A program made the position numbers and the translations under genes. Below the pieces are notes generated by a model, which ran no database searches, had not been told where the DNA came from, and saw only the letters and a list, made by a program, of their open reading frames with translations. This document shows, piece by piece, positions 47,105 to 60,823 of a DNA stretch of 64,000 nt; position 1 is the first letter of the stretch, and the number at the start of each line of letters is the position of its first letter. This DNA comes from Lepidodermella squamata (lineage: Eukaryota; Animalia; Gastrotricha). Where the stretch lies: contig JBLDXI010000025.1 in NCBI GenBank assembly GCA_047495785.1, positions 2,108,001-2,172,000 of the forward strand, read 5' to 3'.

Positions 47105-48488
47105 TCTCTCATGGGTGTTTAGTAAACTGTCAACAATTGCAAAAACTTGCGAACGAGTTTTTCTGTTATGATGGTGTTTTTGTACTACATTTCGAGGTCA
47201 TTTGCGATGTGACCCGCCGCCAGATAGCCTTTCAGGACAAATGAGCTAGCTGGGCAGTGTGCGCTCTCTAGCATCCAGCAGCGTCCTCGTTAAAATGGTT
47301 TCGCTAACTATACTTAATTAATTGATATCGAGCGAGAGCTCTCACATTTTTTATTACTTAGTTCCGCCTGAACTCCGCAATTCTAGTTTTGCGAAATATG
47401 GAAAAATCATTAAAATAGTCAAATCTAGCCCCTGCCAGCGCTAATCAGGCCAATACCTAAGCATAATCTATCTTCTCCCTAGCTCTATTTGTACCGTATT
47501 TGTTCCAATAGCAGCCCGGGGTACTAAATTTTCAACCCTCAAAATTGTCCTAAAAAGTGGATTACTAATAGAGATGGGCGATTTGTTAGACGCTCGCTTC
47601 GGTTTTTTTTGGTCAAAGCCACCCAACAGACCCCTTGAGAACAAAATTCGGCCCAATTTTTCTATCGCAGCCGAATTCGCGTGAAGTGTCACTCAAGTTG
47701 TGCTTACAAAGCTATTTTACAAAGAAAAAACAATTTATAATAGAAAAAGAACGACAATGAAAAATTAGCTGTACAAATGACGATGGACAATGGCCTTATT
47801 GTCCCTAACTTGTCCCTAAATTAGAGATTTAGGTAGGCCTAGTTTTTTTCCTAGTATATCACCTAGTAGGCCTAGTATATCACCTCCATTTATGAGCAAA
47901 CTGAGGCATTTTTTGCTGTTAGTTGATGACCTAGTCCGAGCGACAATCGAAGGATCTTGTATCGTGTGGTAGTGCGAGCTAATTGCGCCTTCCATTTTGG
48001 CAATATTCTTGTTCAATATTTCGTGAAGTCAATACTTATAGATAGCTTTTTGCCCGAAAAAGATGCCGGCATCAAATAAATGTCCCTCTTTATATATATC
48101 ACCTCCATTTATGGGCAAATTGATCTTAACGTTCATTTGATAGTTCTTAGTTTTGAGTTCTATGCAAGTTCAAATTGGACAAGTCGAACACGGACGACAA
48201 TATCGTCAAGCGTAACTAGGTCGTATAAAAAGTAGACACCGGACACCTTCCCCGCTCCTTCCTGCTGACGCTGTACGGATGAATGAATAATATCTTTGTT
48301 GTCATGTTCAGTAGCACTCCGAATAAAGCACTACTTACAACTTACATAATCTGACGGGGTTGTTGTCACTCAATGAAACACGGATGAGTACTTAAAAAAC
48401 CGATAAATCAATTCAGTTTATGTAGGTTGTCCTTCTACGTTTGATAGCTTCACTTATCACTTCAGCTGAAACAATTCAAAACATCATC

Positions 48489-50394
48489 ATGGACTACAAC
48501 AGCAACCGTCTCGTGCAGAAACAGAGAGTCACAGTCTACTGCAATGTTACAACTTTATTTGGCCTTTTGACTTTTTAATCCATTTCTTTCATAGGTCTGC
48601 GGCAAAGTTGTTCCGCCGAGGACGCGATACAACCCGCGGCAGTGTAGCGCTTGCCAGGTTAACTACGTCACAATTCTGTCACACTATTTTCCCCACTATA
48701 AATATTTAGAAATTTTTCACTCGACAATCCGATCGAAGGTACGAATTTCAATGCGTCACTGGGAGATTTGACTGCGAAATTAAACCGGAACAATATCGTA
48801 ACTGTTGCAGTCGTTGCCGGCTGGAAAAATGCTTTGCAGTGCGTGAACGAAGACGTATGAAATATTTTAATTTGATTACTCTATGGAATGAGCAAATTAC
48901 ATTGCCCAGATATTACGAGGCAGCTTGCTGGGCCTTCTACTACTGATACTAGGTTGGATGGTTCGAGCCGCTATAATGCTAGTGAAGAGTCGGCAACTTC
49001 AAGCATTATTCGCGATAGCTGGAATTCAACGATACCAAGCAATCCCGATCTATTTCAATTCAGTGCGGCGGAGAGAGCCACCAAAAGGTCAATTATTGGG
49101 CTCACGGTCCTGCATGACTTCCATTCGGTAATTTATCGCTCAATTCTGGGCTCATATTAGTTTCGTCCAGTCTCCAGGCGACGGTTGCGCAATTGGAGGG
49201 TAAAAGAGGACTTATGCGCGAACCCTAGTCGAAAATTTTATAAATTTCAAGGCCTCGTGCGGTAATGCCAGCTGTCTATTGGTTTTGATTATTTAGATTA
49301 TTTAGGCGGCTTTTATTCCAAAAGTTAATTCAGCGATTCTCTATCGCATCAGAGATCGCATAAATATAGGGTTCTCGCGATAAATATTAATAGGAACATG
49401 TTTTACGCGCATCTTAACTTTCGAGAAGCGATTACGAGCAAAATTTAAGATGCGGGTGAAACTTATTTTGTTCGCGCTCAAAACTAATATGGGCCCGGAA
49501 TTTATCTGTACTTCCCTTGTTCTTGTCTAACCACTCGTCAAAATTGTTACGGACCAAATTCAGTTCCCGCTGCTAAGAAAGAACGTTCCTTACAATGACG
49601 TTACCAAGTTAGCATCAGAATTTTCCAACCTACACGTCGAGATGTTCAACAAAGCAAGCTCAAGATTCGCACAATACATGAAAGGTATATAAGGATAATC
49701 TTTTGAGCTGATCAGGCGAATGCCTACTTTTTTCTTGCAGAAGCTTTCGCCCTTTCTAACAGCGAGTTGGCAGAAATAGCTGCGGTAGGATGGACTTTAG
49801 TCGCACATGCTTTCCCATGTCAACCTGGCGATGAAAATCCAATCTCCATCAGCAAAGCTATCATGCCACAATTTTTGTCTATTTTCCCCGAGTTCGAGGT
49901 AAATCATCTGCTCTTCTTATTTCCATTCTGCCTAGTTTATCATTGCTTATCGGATTTTGAATGTGGCATTTCAGCATGATTTTAACATTTACGGTATCTG
50001 CCCTTTTGCAGCCGCTCATTCTTTGGGCAAAGGAGCTTTCACACGTCTTTAGCGAATGGCAACCAACAATGCCGGAATTTGCTCTATTCATTTGTTTCCT
50101 GTTTTTCAGTGGTAAGTGCTGAGCCGTATTAAAGTAATTTATTGTATATCATCCTGATGTCTTTCCTACTTAGGATCAAAGACTCCAGCAATGCTTCGAC
50201 GAGCGGATGTTTTGCAGAAATCCCTCTTAATGCATTACGTTTCTCTAAGAGGAGGCTGTCAGTGGCAGGACGAGATGAATCACGTCGAAAAGGCAATGAC
50301 TATCATGAAGCGAGTTGCAGCGTATAGGCCGATATTTGTGAAAAAAGCGGAGGATCGCTCGAGGCTCTGGTTGCGCAACATCGATTTCTCATGA
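48489..50394 (+). CDS. Divergent nuclear receptor-like gene G12 (class B-like DBD, CSACQ)
   Basis: MDYNSN...VYCN|VCGKVVPPRTRYNPRQCSACQ|KFFTRQSDRRYEFQCVTGRFDCEIKPEQYRNCCSRCRLEKC. Eight exons. Confidence 0.86.
49144..49500. mobile_element. MITE in G12 intron 4
   Basis: TIRs ttctgggctcatattagttt / aaactaatatgggcccggaa. Confidence 0.65.
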
Positions 50395-51419
50395 ATCTCA
50401 GGCGCGTTTTAAACTGCAGCCTAGTTCGATGATAGAAAAGCATACAACATACACTTAAAAATAAAATTTTCCTTTTTTTGATAGGTAATAAAAGGAGGCC
50501 GTGCACAACGGTTTTTCGATTGTGAACCACTGTTCTAGGTTTCATTGCTTTTCACGAAAACTGATACATTATTCTAGGGTGGCATGGTAGCCATACTGAG
50601 ACGCCGGCGCTGGTTAAGAACGATTTTAGTGAGTTCCAAAGGTCATCGTGGCAATAAATAGTCTCATTTTCAGCATTGGGGATAATTTTCGGTCACATGA
50701 CTATTGACGGCTTCGAAAATGTCGATGATCAGTTTGTTCTTCGATAGTTTGAGCAAATAGATCAGCGCGTAAAGAACGTGAAAATAAACGAGTTCGTCTT
50801 TACGCGCTAATCTTTTTGTTCGAAAATGTTGCACCTTAAAGTATGCAGATAAAGCTGACGTTATGGGATAGAGTTAACTTTATCGATAAAGACGGCTTCG
50901 AAAATAACCCCCAAATGATAAATCAACCGAGATAAGGAGCTTGGCCCTTATAATTTTGCATATTTTAGAGCAGTGACGCTGCTCTGGTTATTTTTGTTAA
51001 GCCACGTGATGCAGTGTCATCACAGCGTCCCATGCCGCTGTTGCCGCTGTTATCGCTCGTTGTATGAGCCAGGCATTGGAGGCTCAACATCTACTACCGG
51101 ACAACCAGTACTGCGTTTCGAGAGCCTAGATCGGCGACCGGCGACCGACGTTCCAGTTCGTATCGTTCACCGCGTGCTTCAGGCTCGCTCTAACAAGCGG
51201 AAGAAGATCTTTTTGAAATTTTACATTTTTATTAGGTTAATTAATTAATTGATTTATTTATTTAATGACCATTAATCCCGTTGTTGAGAGCTCGACTTGG
51301 AAAATTAAGTGCAAGTATCAAAAAAGTGCGCAGAGAGCCGTTAATATTTCAGTCCGTTTCGTTATATGTTATTAGTCAAAACAAAGTGAGGTGAATTAGT
51401 ATAAAATAATCAACAACAT

Positions 51420-51900
51420 AGTAAATGTCTATAAACAAGCAGTCTGCAGTCATTGGCGGTGGCGCAGGCCTTGATTCCACATTCGCAGGTTGGAAAGGTG
51501 CCGTTGTAGGTGCTGATATCAACTGGCCGATGTTGGGTGCCGATGGAAGTGGATTCAGTTGAATGTTAGCTGCGGAATCCGAATTGAGCTGAGAAGAGGA
51601 CTTAGATTCTTGCTATAATAGCAAGATTAGGAAGAACTTAGATTCGTGCAGGTATTGCTTAATTCGGATGGCTAGACAGCGTTCGAAGGTTCGGAAAAGC
51701 GGAGAAAGAATGGATATAGGCCGGTAATTGCTAATCAGTTCCTTGTCCCCGTCTTTGAAGAGCGGCTTTCCAAATTTCGGGAATTCGATTTTCTGCTAAC
51801 ACTTTGTTGCAAATTACACAGACGTGAGGGGCTAATATCCCGGCAGTTGCTTTGAGCACACATTCCGGCCCACCATCGGCGGCTGTAGTTGGCTTAATTC
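51420..51900 (-). mobile_element. Non-LTR retrotransposon RT fragment, internally deleted
   Basis: Minus strand KPLFKDGDKELISNYRPISILSPLFRTFERCL is the canonical NYRPIS motif preceding LINE RT. Confidence 0.8.
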
Positions 51901-52461
51901 ATCAACCCAAAATAACGTAGGGTATCAGAATATCAAGTGGGATCTATCGAGTGGGGCGAATCGTCCACTATCCACTGATACATGCTTCAAAGCCTCTCAA
52001 AATTTCAAAAACGGTGGGATAAAGCAGAGAGCGAAGTAGGACCGCGGAACTGGTAGGGACAACGAAAATCAACATAAGGGTCCCCCCTTTGGTGTTAGAT
52101 TGAGCTCACCATACGGACCCACGGAACTGGTAGGGATGATCCCTACATCCCTAGCGGTACTTCGCTCTCTGGGCTTAAGGCTAAACTGTAATTTTCCATT
52201 CCGGTCTGGCCGAGCTGAGGGAAATGACACGCCAGTGTTAATCGCACACTGATAACGACCAGAAGTCCCCGGTGTGTATAGAGATCTTCCAGGTTCGAGA
52301 GCTAACTTCAAAGCTGGATATTCGAAAATATTTGGAGTGAACTCACAACACTGAATATCGTTTCGTAATTGTTTCCAAAACAACAGAACTTCGGACAAAG
52401 ACCCCTAATGTTCAAATCATCCCCTCGCACATGAGGCTTAATGAATTCCTGTTTAGACAAC

Positions 52462-52840
52462 TCACACTGCTTCATTGCGCTATTTGTTATTTAATATGGT
52501 GCGAGAAAGGCTCCGAGCTCTTAGCGCACATTAACGATCAATATTATCATGTTCCATTCTCCACTCTTTTTCACCGCCGTTTTTTCAATGTTAGTTGCGC
52601 AGCACACGCTTGAACGACAAGCAGCCTTCCTTTATAAATTCTATTATCTCACCGTTTGAATCGTTGCGGGCACTTGGATGCGAAAATTGAAAGATGTTTC
52701 ATTAGCATTTCGGTCGAAGCAAGGCACGTGCCACTATCAATTACTTTTTCATTTCCTCAATGAACAGGAGAGGCATATAGTGCTCATGTTCACTAGACTC
52801 TACGCCCTAACTTGATTAAATCTGCCTCGTGCTTATAAAT
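52462..52840 (+). promoter_or_regulatory. Conserved upstream module, complete copy (before G13)
   Basis: cacactgcttcattgcg ... gaaaggctcc ... acgatcaata ... aagcaaggcacgtgccactatcaatta ... gtgctcatgttcactagactcta. Confidence 0.6.
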
Positions 52841-53147
52841 GTGATTCTACTCGTCTCAAAGATAAGTTGGATCTGGCAAGCTAGTAATTTTGTATCATCA
52901 TCTCTGTTCTTGAATTATTGATCACACGATCACACATGATTGACGATAATAACACCATAATATTTTTCGACGATACAGGGTTCAAGGTGTTAAGGTTCAG
53001 GGCGTTGCTAGCTTGTAGCTTTTGGTAAAAAATGTAAAGCATGGAAATTCATCATGAATTTGTGGCCGGGAATCGCAATGTCGGAATGTTGGAAATAAGA
53101 ACAGCTATTTAATATTTAATAGCAATTTTACTGACACCATTTTAGCC

Positions 53148-55038
53148 ATGGAAGCTATCGTGAGGCATGCTGCTTGTAAGGTATGATATCATCAACTACT
53201 TAAAAATCCTTTTCCATATCTTTCTCTCCAGATTTGCGGGAAGCATGTCATGAAGCGAAAAAACTATTATCCAGGACAATGCTCGGCGTGTCAGGTAAAG
53301 GAAGATGACTCTTCAGAATGGAGCTTTCAACATGTAATGTCCAGAAATTCTTCACACGGCAAGCTTCGAGGCGCTATGAATTTCATTGTCTCACTGGCAG
53401 GAATAATTGCGAAATTCTTCCTGGAAAAACTCGTGGTTGTTGTACTCGCTGCCGTCTGGAAAAGTGCTTCACTTTGCGCTCAAGCTCAGGTAGAATAGCC
53501 CCAGGAGATTATCATTAAGCAAATTCTGCTTTTTTCTTCAGCTTTCAAAACGAGGAATGAAAAGATTTTAAGAAATGAATCAGAGACAAAAGATCTTGAG
53601 ACAACTGCCGATGGTTGGTCATCAACGATACCAAGCAATCCAGAAATAATCGACCTCAGAATAGCGGAGAAGGCCACTAAAAACTCAGTTATTGGGCTCA
53701 CGTTCCTCCATGGCTTTTATGCGGTATGTTCGCAGTCTTTTCCTGTTCTATAATTTAATCTTTTATTGTAACTAATATAGCTTCCGCTGCGAAGAAGGAA
53801 TTTTCCTTATGATGACGTCACAATTTTGGCATCGGAATTTTCTAACGATCAGATCAGAATCTGCAATGATTTGGCCACAACATTTGCCCAGTATATGAAA
53901 GGTACTCGCTAAATTTTGCTAGCTTTGCACCAAAGGATAAGGGAAGGAGAAAAACAGACCTAAGCACAATACAAATATGAGCTCTCCTAGATGTTTAATG
54001 CCTGATTGCGTGTTTAACGGCTACAGGCGAGCTTCGAAGCTGAGACAAACTAATTTGCATTTTCTTATCAGATAGATTGGGATGTTCCTGATTTACCAAA
54101 TAATTTCTAAATATTCACCTGGCTGGCTAGGTAGGCAAATCTAAAAAGCCGCCGAATTTTGGGCAATTTGCTAGCAGGGTATCATATACACATGCATGTA
54201 CCTAATATTATTCAGCGATGCTGCGTCAAATTATCGAGGCCAGATTCGGCCATTTTCCGAAAATTCAGTATGATGACCCGCTACGATTGAAAAAAAGTTT
54301 ACTCTTGCAGACGCATTCGGAATTCCTGACCGCGAGTGGCCTCAAAACGCCGCGGCTGGCTTGACTGAAACCGCAATCGCTTTCACGTGCCAACAAGGCG
54401 ATAACAATCTGCTTTCTATAAACAAAGCTGTCTTACCTCAATTTCTAGCTGTTTTCCCCGAGTTTGAGGTAAATCTCTTCACCTCCTGATCATTTCTTTC
54501 GCATCCCTGTCCTTATGTAGTGATACAAATTCCATAATGTCATCAATTAATGCAAGATTTATGAAGAGCCATATATTCAAAAACAATCAACAATATTCAA
54601 AAACTCGTATTTATTGAAGTGGGAATATACCGGCACACTATGTATCTCTTTTGTTTTTTGTTTGCAGCCTGTCGCTATGTGGGCACAGGAGCTGTCGCAT
54701 GTGCTAAATGGCTGGCAACCGACGATGCCCGAATTTGCCCTATTTTTGTGCTACCTTTGTTTTAGTGGTACGTGCCAAATTGCGGATTACTGCTGACAGA
54801 TTATCGATTTTCTCCCACAGGATCGAAGACTCGGATTTCAGTTCGATTGTCAAATGTTTTGCAGAAATCGTTGTTCATTCAATGCGCTGCTTTGCGGAGA
54901 GGAATTGGGTGGAAGGACTACGTCGAAAGGGCCATTGCTATAATGGAGCAAGCTGCAGCGTACAGGCTAACACTTTTTGCGGTAGAAGAGGATCGAGCAA
55001 GTTCCTGGGTACGCAACGCCAAGCTATCATTTGGATAA
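53148..55038 (+). CDS. Divergent nuclear receptor-like gene G13 (class A DBD)
   Basis: MEAIVRHAACK|ICGKHVMKRKNYYPGQCSACQ|KFFTRQASRRYEFHCLTGRNNCEILPGKTRGCCTRCRLEKC. Eight exons. Confidence 0.88.
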
Positions 55039-55058
55039 TTCCAGAAACTTTCAAGTAC

Positions 55059-55148
55059 CATCGTGTGATCATTTGAGCGTTTCAGAAAAAAATTACATGC
55101 ATTTTGATCGGAGAAAAAAAATTAGAACGCTCAAATGATCACACGATG
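55059..55148. repeat. Small inverted repeat (23-bp perfect arms) in the G13 3' UTR
   Basis: catcgtgtgatcatttgagcgtt / aacgctcaaatgatcacacgatg. Confidence 0.8.
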
Positions 55149-56112
55149 ACGGTTTTTGTGACATCATTTAGTGAATCTGTTAATTCTGATTTTGCTAACA
55201 AGATTTTGATTTATCTGGAGTTTATTTTCATCCGTTTTCGTTATCTTCTGTTTATTTATCAGTTTTCTTTACCCTTAAGTCGCTTGAAACTAACACATAA
55301 CTGCCCGAGTAAACCCGAATGGGATGAATTACGACGGAGAATCCGAAAAAATTACTCTCGAGGTCATAGGACGCACCCTACCTGCTCAGGTAAGCCACCT
55401 TACCTGGAATTTTCTGTCCACACCTGTCCAGGTGATGCTGATGGAAAAAGAAGCACCATCGTAATCAGCGTCATTTGTTACGTTATATAACAAATTCTTA
55501 CGTTTGTTATGCGCTGCTGTCAGATATAACAAATGGGGTCCCAAATCGATGCACCCTTTTTACAGTGTAAAAGCTTAACTTAGCAGCAAAAGTTGGCAGC
55601 ACGCCAACGGAAGGTGATGCAAGTGTAAGTTTTGTTTCTACCAACTAGTATTGGTCCATAACAATCCATAACAAATGATGAGACTTCCAGGACAAGTGTA
55701 AGTTAGTGCTGATGAAAACACGCTGCCAGGTTCAAAGCGGTAAAATGAAGACCTCGTGGATTATCAGAACAAGAAGTATCTACAATCGTGACCAGTCATA
55801 CGAATTCGTTCGCTTTCATAACAAGAACAGGAATTGTATACGCCTCGCTGACTCAATCTTCTTGATGCTTGGGCGCACCTTTGTTCCAAATTTCTATTCT
55901 TTTGCTTTTACCTTTGGCTTGTTCACGTCAAGCAACGTCAACGCCAAACATGCAGTCATTTTTACACGAAAATCGTCCGTTGATAATATGAAATCGCCGA
56001 AACCTTCCCTAGAAATTAGAAGTTCCACATTTTACGTAGGAACTAATTCAGGCGGAGGCCAAGTATATTATGGGCCTAGAACTGGTTTACAGATCAACTC
56101 CCTATTAGGATT

Positions 56113-56478
56113 AGAATCTATCGATGCCTGAATTCGCTTTATTATTCATTTTCTGTTCCTCAGAGGTAAGAGTTTTCTTGATCAGAAAGTTCTCGAACAC
56201 TCCTTTTTTCCAGAAAAAGCGTTTGTGTGACAAACCCCCGCCTATCTCAACTTTAAAGACTCTCGAGACTGAAAAATCTATCGCTCTCCTAAATGTCTCA
56301 ACTGCGCGGGAGGCAATGAAAGCCATAGTGACAACTATTTCAGTCAAATTTAAAAATGTTTGAACAACCTTGCTGAAATAACACCCGGTATCTTTGAAAC
56401 TACTGCAGCTGTCCGAGACTTCGCTTTTCACAGAGCAGCAATTCAACATGACTATAGAGAGGCTCTCAATATCTTAAA
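56113..56478 (+). pseudogene. Remnant of a G10 duplicate (end of exon 7 and a frameshifted exon 8)
   Basis: SMPEFALLFIF, TNPRLSQL*RL, NLAEITPGIFETTAAVRDFAF. Collinear with about 42400-42764. Confidence 0.85.
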
Positions 56479-57112
56479 TACGGACAAATCCAGATTTTTG
56501 CTGCTGCCGAACAATCGACTCCTTTTCCTTTCTTCTTTCTTATTATGTGGTTCAAAGCTTGAACATCATGCAATAATGAAAAATGTTACAGCTAAGTTGT
56601 TCGGTTATGATTTTTGGCTTTGATTCATTACTGAAGTTTAAATAAGCAATACCGAAGAGCGACGGTAATGTTAAATCATCGTCATGAGAAAATGCGAACT
56701 TACACCTTAATTGTGAGGCGACTCTAGATAAAGAAGGCAACTCCGCCGGGACACAGGTATGAAATTTTAAGATAACGCCACGTCAGTTCGAGTTTTACCC
56801 GTTGGGCCTTTTGGAAATACGCCTATTGTTGAAGTGCATTTTTCTTACATTTTATTGTTCTTTTCGGGGATCCTTGCGCAACATTTCTCTGATGTCATTC
56901 AAGCGGGAGTACAGTATCACTTCCTGACTTCATCTAAAAGCTATGACAGTTACTCTTGCAAAGCACTAATATCATATGCTGGCGCTTTTTGCATTTAATC
57001 ATGCGTGCTATATATACGAGTGCAGAAAAATCAATACAGCGATGTCTTGCGAAAGCATAGCTCAGTTTTTCTCATCAAACAGTAGCTGGAATTATCATTT
57101 GAAAGCATTAAC

Positions 57113-58929
57113 ATGAATATCAGCGATGAGCAATTTCCCAAGGAAGATAATTTAGTCATCAACTGCAATGTAATGATTTTTCATGACCTTTTTGACTTCA
57201 TGACCTGATTTATTACGTAGATATGCGGCAAAGTTGTCCCGCCGAGAGAGCTATATCATCCTAGGCAATGTAATGCCTGCCAGGTAAACTTATTCTTTCA
57301 ACGTTTCCGTTAATAATTGCAAGCATTCACTTAGAAATTTTTCGCTCGACAACGCAAACGAAGGTTCGAATTTCAATGTATCACTGGGAAATTCAAGTGC
57401 GAGATAAATCCTGGAGCAACTCGTAGTTGCTGTACCCGTTGCCGGCTTGAAAAATGTTTCGCGTTGAGACTAAGAAGATGTAAGGCTTTTTTTGATGAAT
57501 TTAACAGAAAATAATCAGTAGAATTCTCTAGTTTCAAGAAGGAAAAGCGATGATCCTTCGGAAGTTACCATAAAGGAACCAAATGACGATTTTAGGTCTG
57601 AACAAGACATCTCGGTCTCGGCTCTAAATGCTTATTCATATGGCACCTGGCTTTATGCTACTAGTGTAGGATCTGGGGCTCCCGGTTTTGAAGCTAACAT
57701 CAGAAATGCAACGATACCTAGCAATCCTGATTTAATCCACTTCAGTAAAGTCGAGAAAGCCACCAAAAGCTCCATTACTGCGCTCACTTTTCTGCATGAT
57801 CTGCATTCGGTAATACATCTTCCTATTTCAATTCTCTCAGTCAATTGCCCTTCCTATTAAGCTCCCGCTGCGGAGACGAAACTTTCCTTATGACGATATC
57901 ACCCAGCTAGCCACAGACTTTTACACCAGCCAGATTAGGATCTGGAACGAAGCAAGCACCAAATTTGCAAAATACATGAAAGGTATGAATTTTTCAAAAA
58001 ATCTGATTTTCCTTTATCAAGTTAAATTTTATTCTCTTGCGCAGATGCTTTCGGAATTTCGAATCATGAGGTGATTCAAGCTGTCGCGACGGGCTGGTCT
58101 TCAACTGTGCTAGGTTTCACGGCACAAACTGGCAGCGAAAATCCAACACCAATCAATGAAGCTCTCTTGCCGACATTTCTTGGCGTTTTTCCCGAGTTTG
58201 AGGTAAACGCAGTCAATTTGTTTCCTAGTTAGATGCTACACCAGAAAAATATCACCCTAATTTATCTACCGAAAGCATGAATTTAGTTTCGGTATCTGAA
58301 TTCATGCTTTCAGTAGATAAATAACTGTCTTTTTGTGTATGAATTAGGGTGATGTTGAAAATCCATGAATTAGGATACTCACAGGGCCCTAATTGAGGGG
58401 ATTTCACGAGCTAAAATTCCGATTGTTAATCACCCATATTAGGGTGAATTTATTCTGGTGTATGGCATAAATGTCTCATTATTATTTCCGTTTCACGGGT
58501 CGAGAAGCAAAGTCTAGTATTATAAATCCACTTCCCTATTTGCAGCCTTTCGTTAAAATGGCAAAGGAGCTATCACACGTGCTGAGTGCCTGGCAGCCAA
58601 CGATGCCCGAATGCGCTTTATTCCTCTGTTACCTATTTTTCAGCGGTATGGATCAAATCCCCGGCTTTCTTTTTTGACCCATCCACTATCAATTCATTTG
58701 ATACGCAGAATCCTCAATTCCGAGATTGGTTCGACTATCAAATTTCTTGCTTAAATCGCTGTTCATGCATTACTTTGCTGTGAGAAGATGGCATCAGCAG
58801 CAGGACACAATTCACGTGGAAAGAGCCTTGGCTATCATGCAACAAGCCACGGCTTATGGACCGACATTTCTGAAAAAGGCAGAGGCTCACCAATTTCCCT
58901 GGGTGCGGATCGTCAAGCCATCCTTATAG
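57113..58929 (+). CDS. Divergent nuclear receptor-like gene G14 (class B DBD; sister of G11)
   Basis: MNISDE...INCN|ICGKVVPPRELYHPRQCNACQ|KFFARQRKRRFEFQC... Shares MPECALF and the long hinge with G11. Confidence 0.86.
58239..58460. mobile_element. MITE in G14 intron 6, same family as 13210-13465
   Basis: ta|caccagaaaaatatcaccctaat ... attagggtgaatttattctggtg|ta. Confidence 0.78.
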
Positions 58930-59954
58930 TCTCATGTATTGTTGAATAGTTCGCTTTTCGGTCACATCTCGACAAATAACAATCGATTCATTTAATCGCC
59001 AAAAAACATTAGGATGGTTAGCATGTTTTTTTTAACGCGTTTTACTTGAAATACTAACGCGAAGAGACAATAATTTTCTTCGTTGATGAAAAGTCGTCAC
59101 TATAAACGAATTTGTTGCTACGCGTTATTCTTTTAAACAACATTAGAGGCAAAGAAACGACCGTGATTGAATTGTCTTTCCTAAAATGCGTTTTTTACTG
59201 AACTTTTAGGTTCAAGGTTAGAAGAGAAGAGATAAACACTTTTCCAGGCCTGATTTAGGTTTGAATCGCACTCAGAGGACTTCAAGTTATTCCAGATATC
59301 AGATATTGCCACCGACCACACCATAACTAGCTCAGCAGGTAATTCGAAATGACTCTAACAAACAAGCTCTAAATTCATGGATAAAATTAAAAAACAATGA
59401 AAATTGAAGTTGCTGATTATCGCAATGAAAGAATGTAATTTCATGACCTACTCATGCCGTTCTAGTGAGTGCGATCAATAATTCTGCTCTATTTATGCCT
59501 CGTATTAGTATTGCAGCTTCTGAAATTTAATATGCTTTGACTACTGCTCGAATTTAAAAGCAGCATCAGTCGGTAGAGGCAGAGTTGAAAAGTTATATAC
59601 GACAGTTTGAGGCGGATTTGTTACTAATAACGAGCCCAGTAAATCTCACGAAAATATGATCGATAATTTTAGAAACGCAACTTGTCTTAGTAGATGAACG
59701 CTTGCACGTGCCAAGGTTTTGCATAATTTTTTCAACGAGTTTTGCAAAACCAGCTCACACTTCAATAATCACTAATGCACTAACATTTCACTTACAATTA
59801 TCAGCATTTCGAGCATAGTTCTATCAGGAGGTTGTTGTATCAAGTACAGCTTTTTCTGTACTGTCGATTCTTCGACCGTATACCTCACCTAATTTGCTAT
59901 TTCGAATGCGTCTTCCAATCTGAGCCACTTTTCTCCCAATATTTACGCAGTCCC

Positions 59955-60120
59955 GAGAGACTTTAAAGCTGAATACCGACGTTCTGACTAACCAAATTAC
60001 CATGACTGCCGTTTTTCAGCAGTATTAATTAAGTCCCTACTCCTGAGAGACTTAACAGCTTATCATTGTCGTTCTGACTTATCTGAATTACCGTGTCTGC
60101 CGTTTTTGGCGCCATTAATT
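59955..60120. repeat. Diverged tandem repeat, 2 x ~89 bp
   Basis: gagagact...cgttctgact...aattacc...tgccgttttt...attaatt occurs twice. Confidence 0.6.
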
Positions 60121-60189
60121 CTAACCTTGATCACCTATAACAGACAGTTATTTGGAGAGGGAGCTGTTCTGCTTTGCCCTTATGCGTGG

Positions 60190-60315
60190 TAGGACACAAG
60201 GGCGCAGACATAGGCGCGCAGACGCAAGCGCGCCGGCTTTAGGGCGAAAGACAAACGGGCGTCAGACAGATGAGCTCAAAGTCATCAGGGCGCTGAGTCG
60301 AGACAAAAGGGCGGA
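60190..60315. repeat. Short degenerate repeats (gaca..ggcg), probably a transposon subterminal region
   Basis: gacacaagggcgca, gacataggcgcgca, gacgcaagcgcgcc, gacaaacgggcgtca, gacaaaagggcg. Confidence 0.5.
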
Positions 60316-60823
60316 GAATTAACAGTTAGAATGCAGCATTGCATCAAATAAGAGACGGAGTTACCGAGTCATCGTGTAAAAACGACGCGTATCACAGATT
60401 CTGTAATTCTAACATCGGTATTCTGTTTTTAGGTCCTCTGCTATTTATTGAGCCTATTGATAAGTTTAGTGAATGAATTTGAAAATTTATCGTAAATAAC
60501 ACGCTGGCACGTGCGAAAATTTTGACGGGGCGTCCTTCTCTACCCTGAGCCTGAGAACATTTTACAGTGGTGTCGAGTTGATTATTTTCGAGATGATAGT
60601 CGCGCAACAGAGGAAATTACTTGATTGAGTAATTAGAAAGGAAGAGTTTCCTTCAAATCTTTAGCAGCGCCCAATGGCAGGCTTTTTGGAATTCGTCGAA
60701 GTCAGATGTGAACTATTTGCTTCTATATTCTGCCAGCAATTTGCTTCAAAAATCACCCTCAATAATCGCTGATTTTTCATGAATATTATGAATAATTTTA
60801 TAAAAAAGTTGAATCGATCGATT

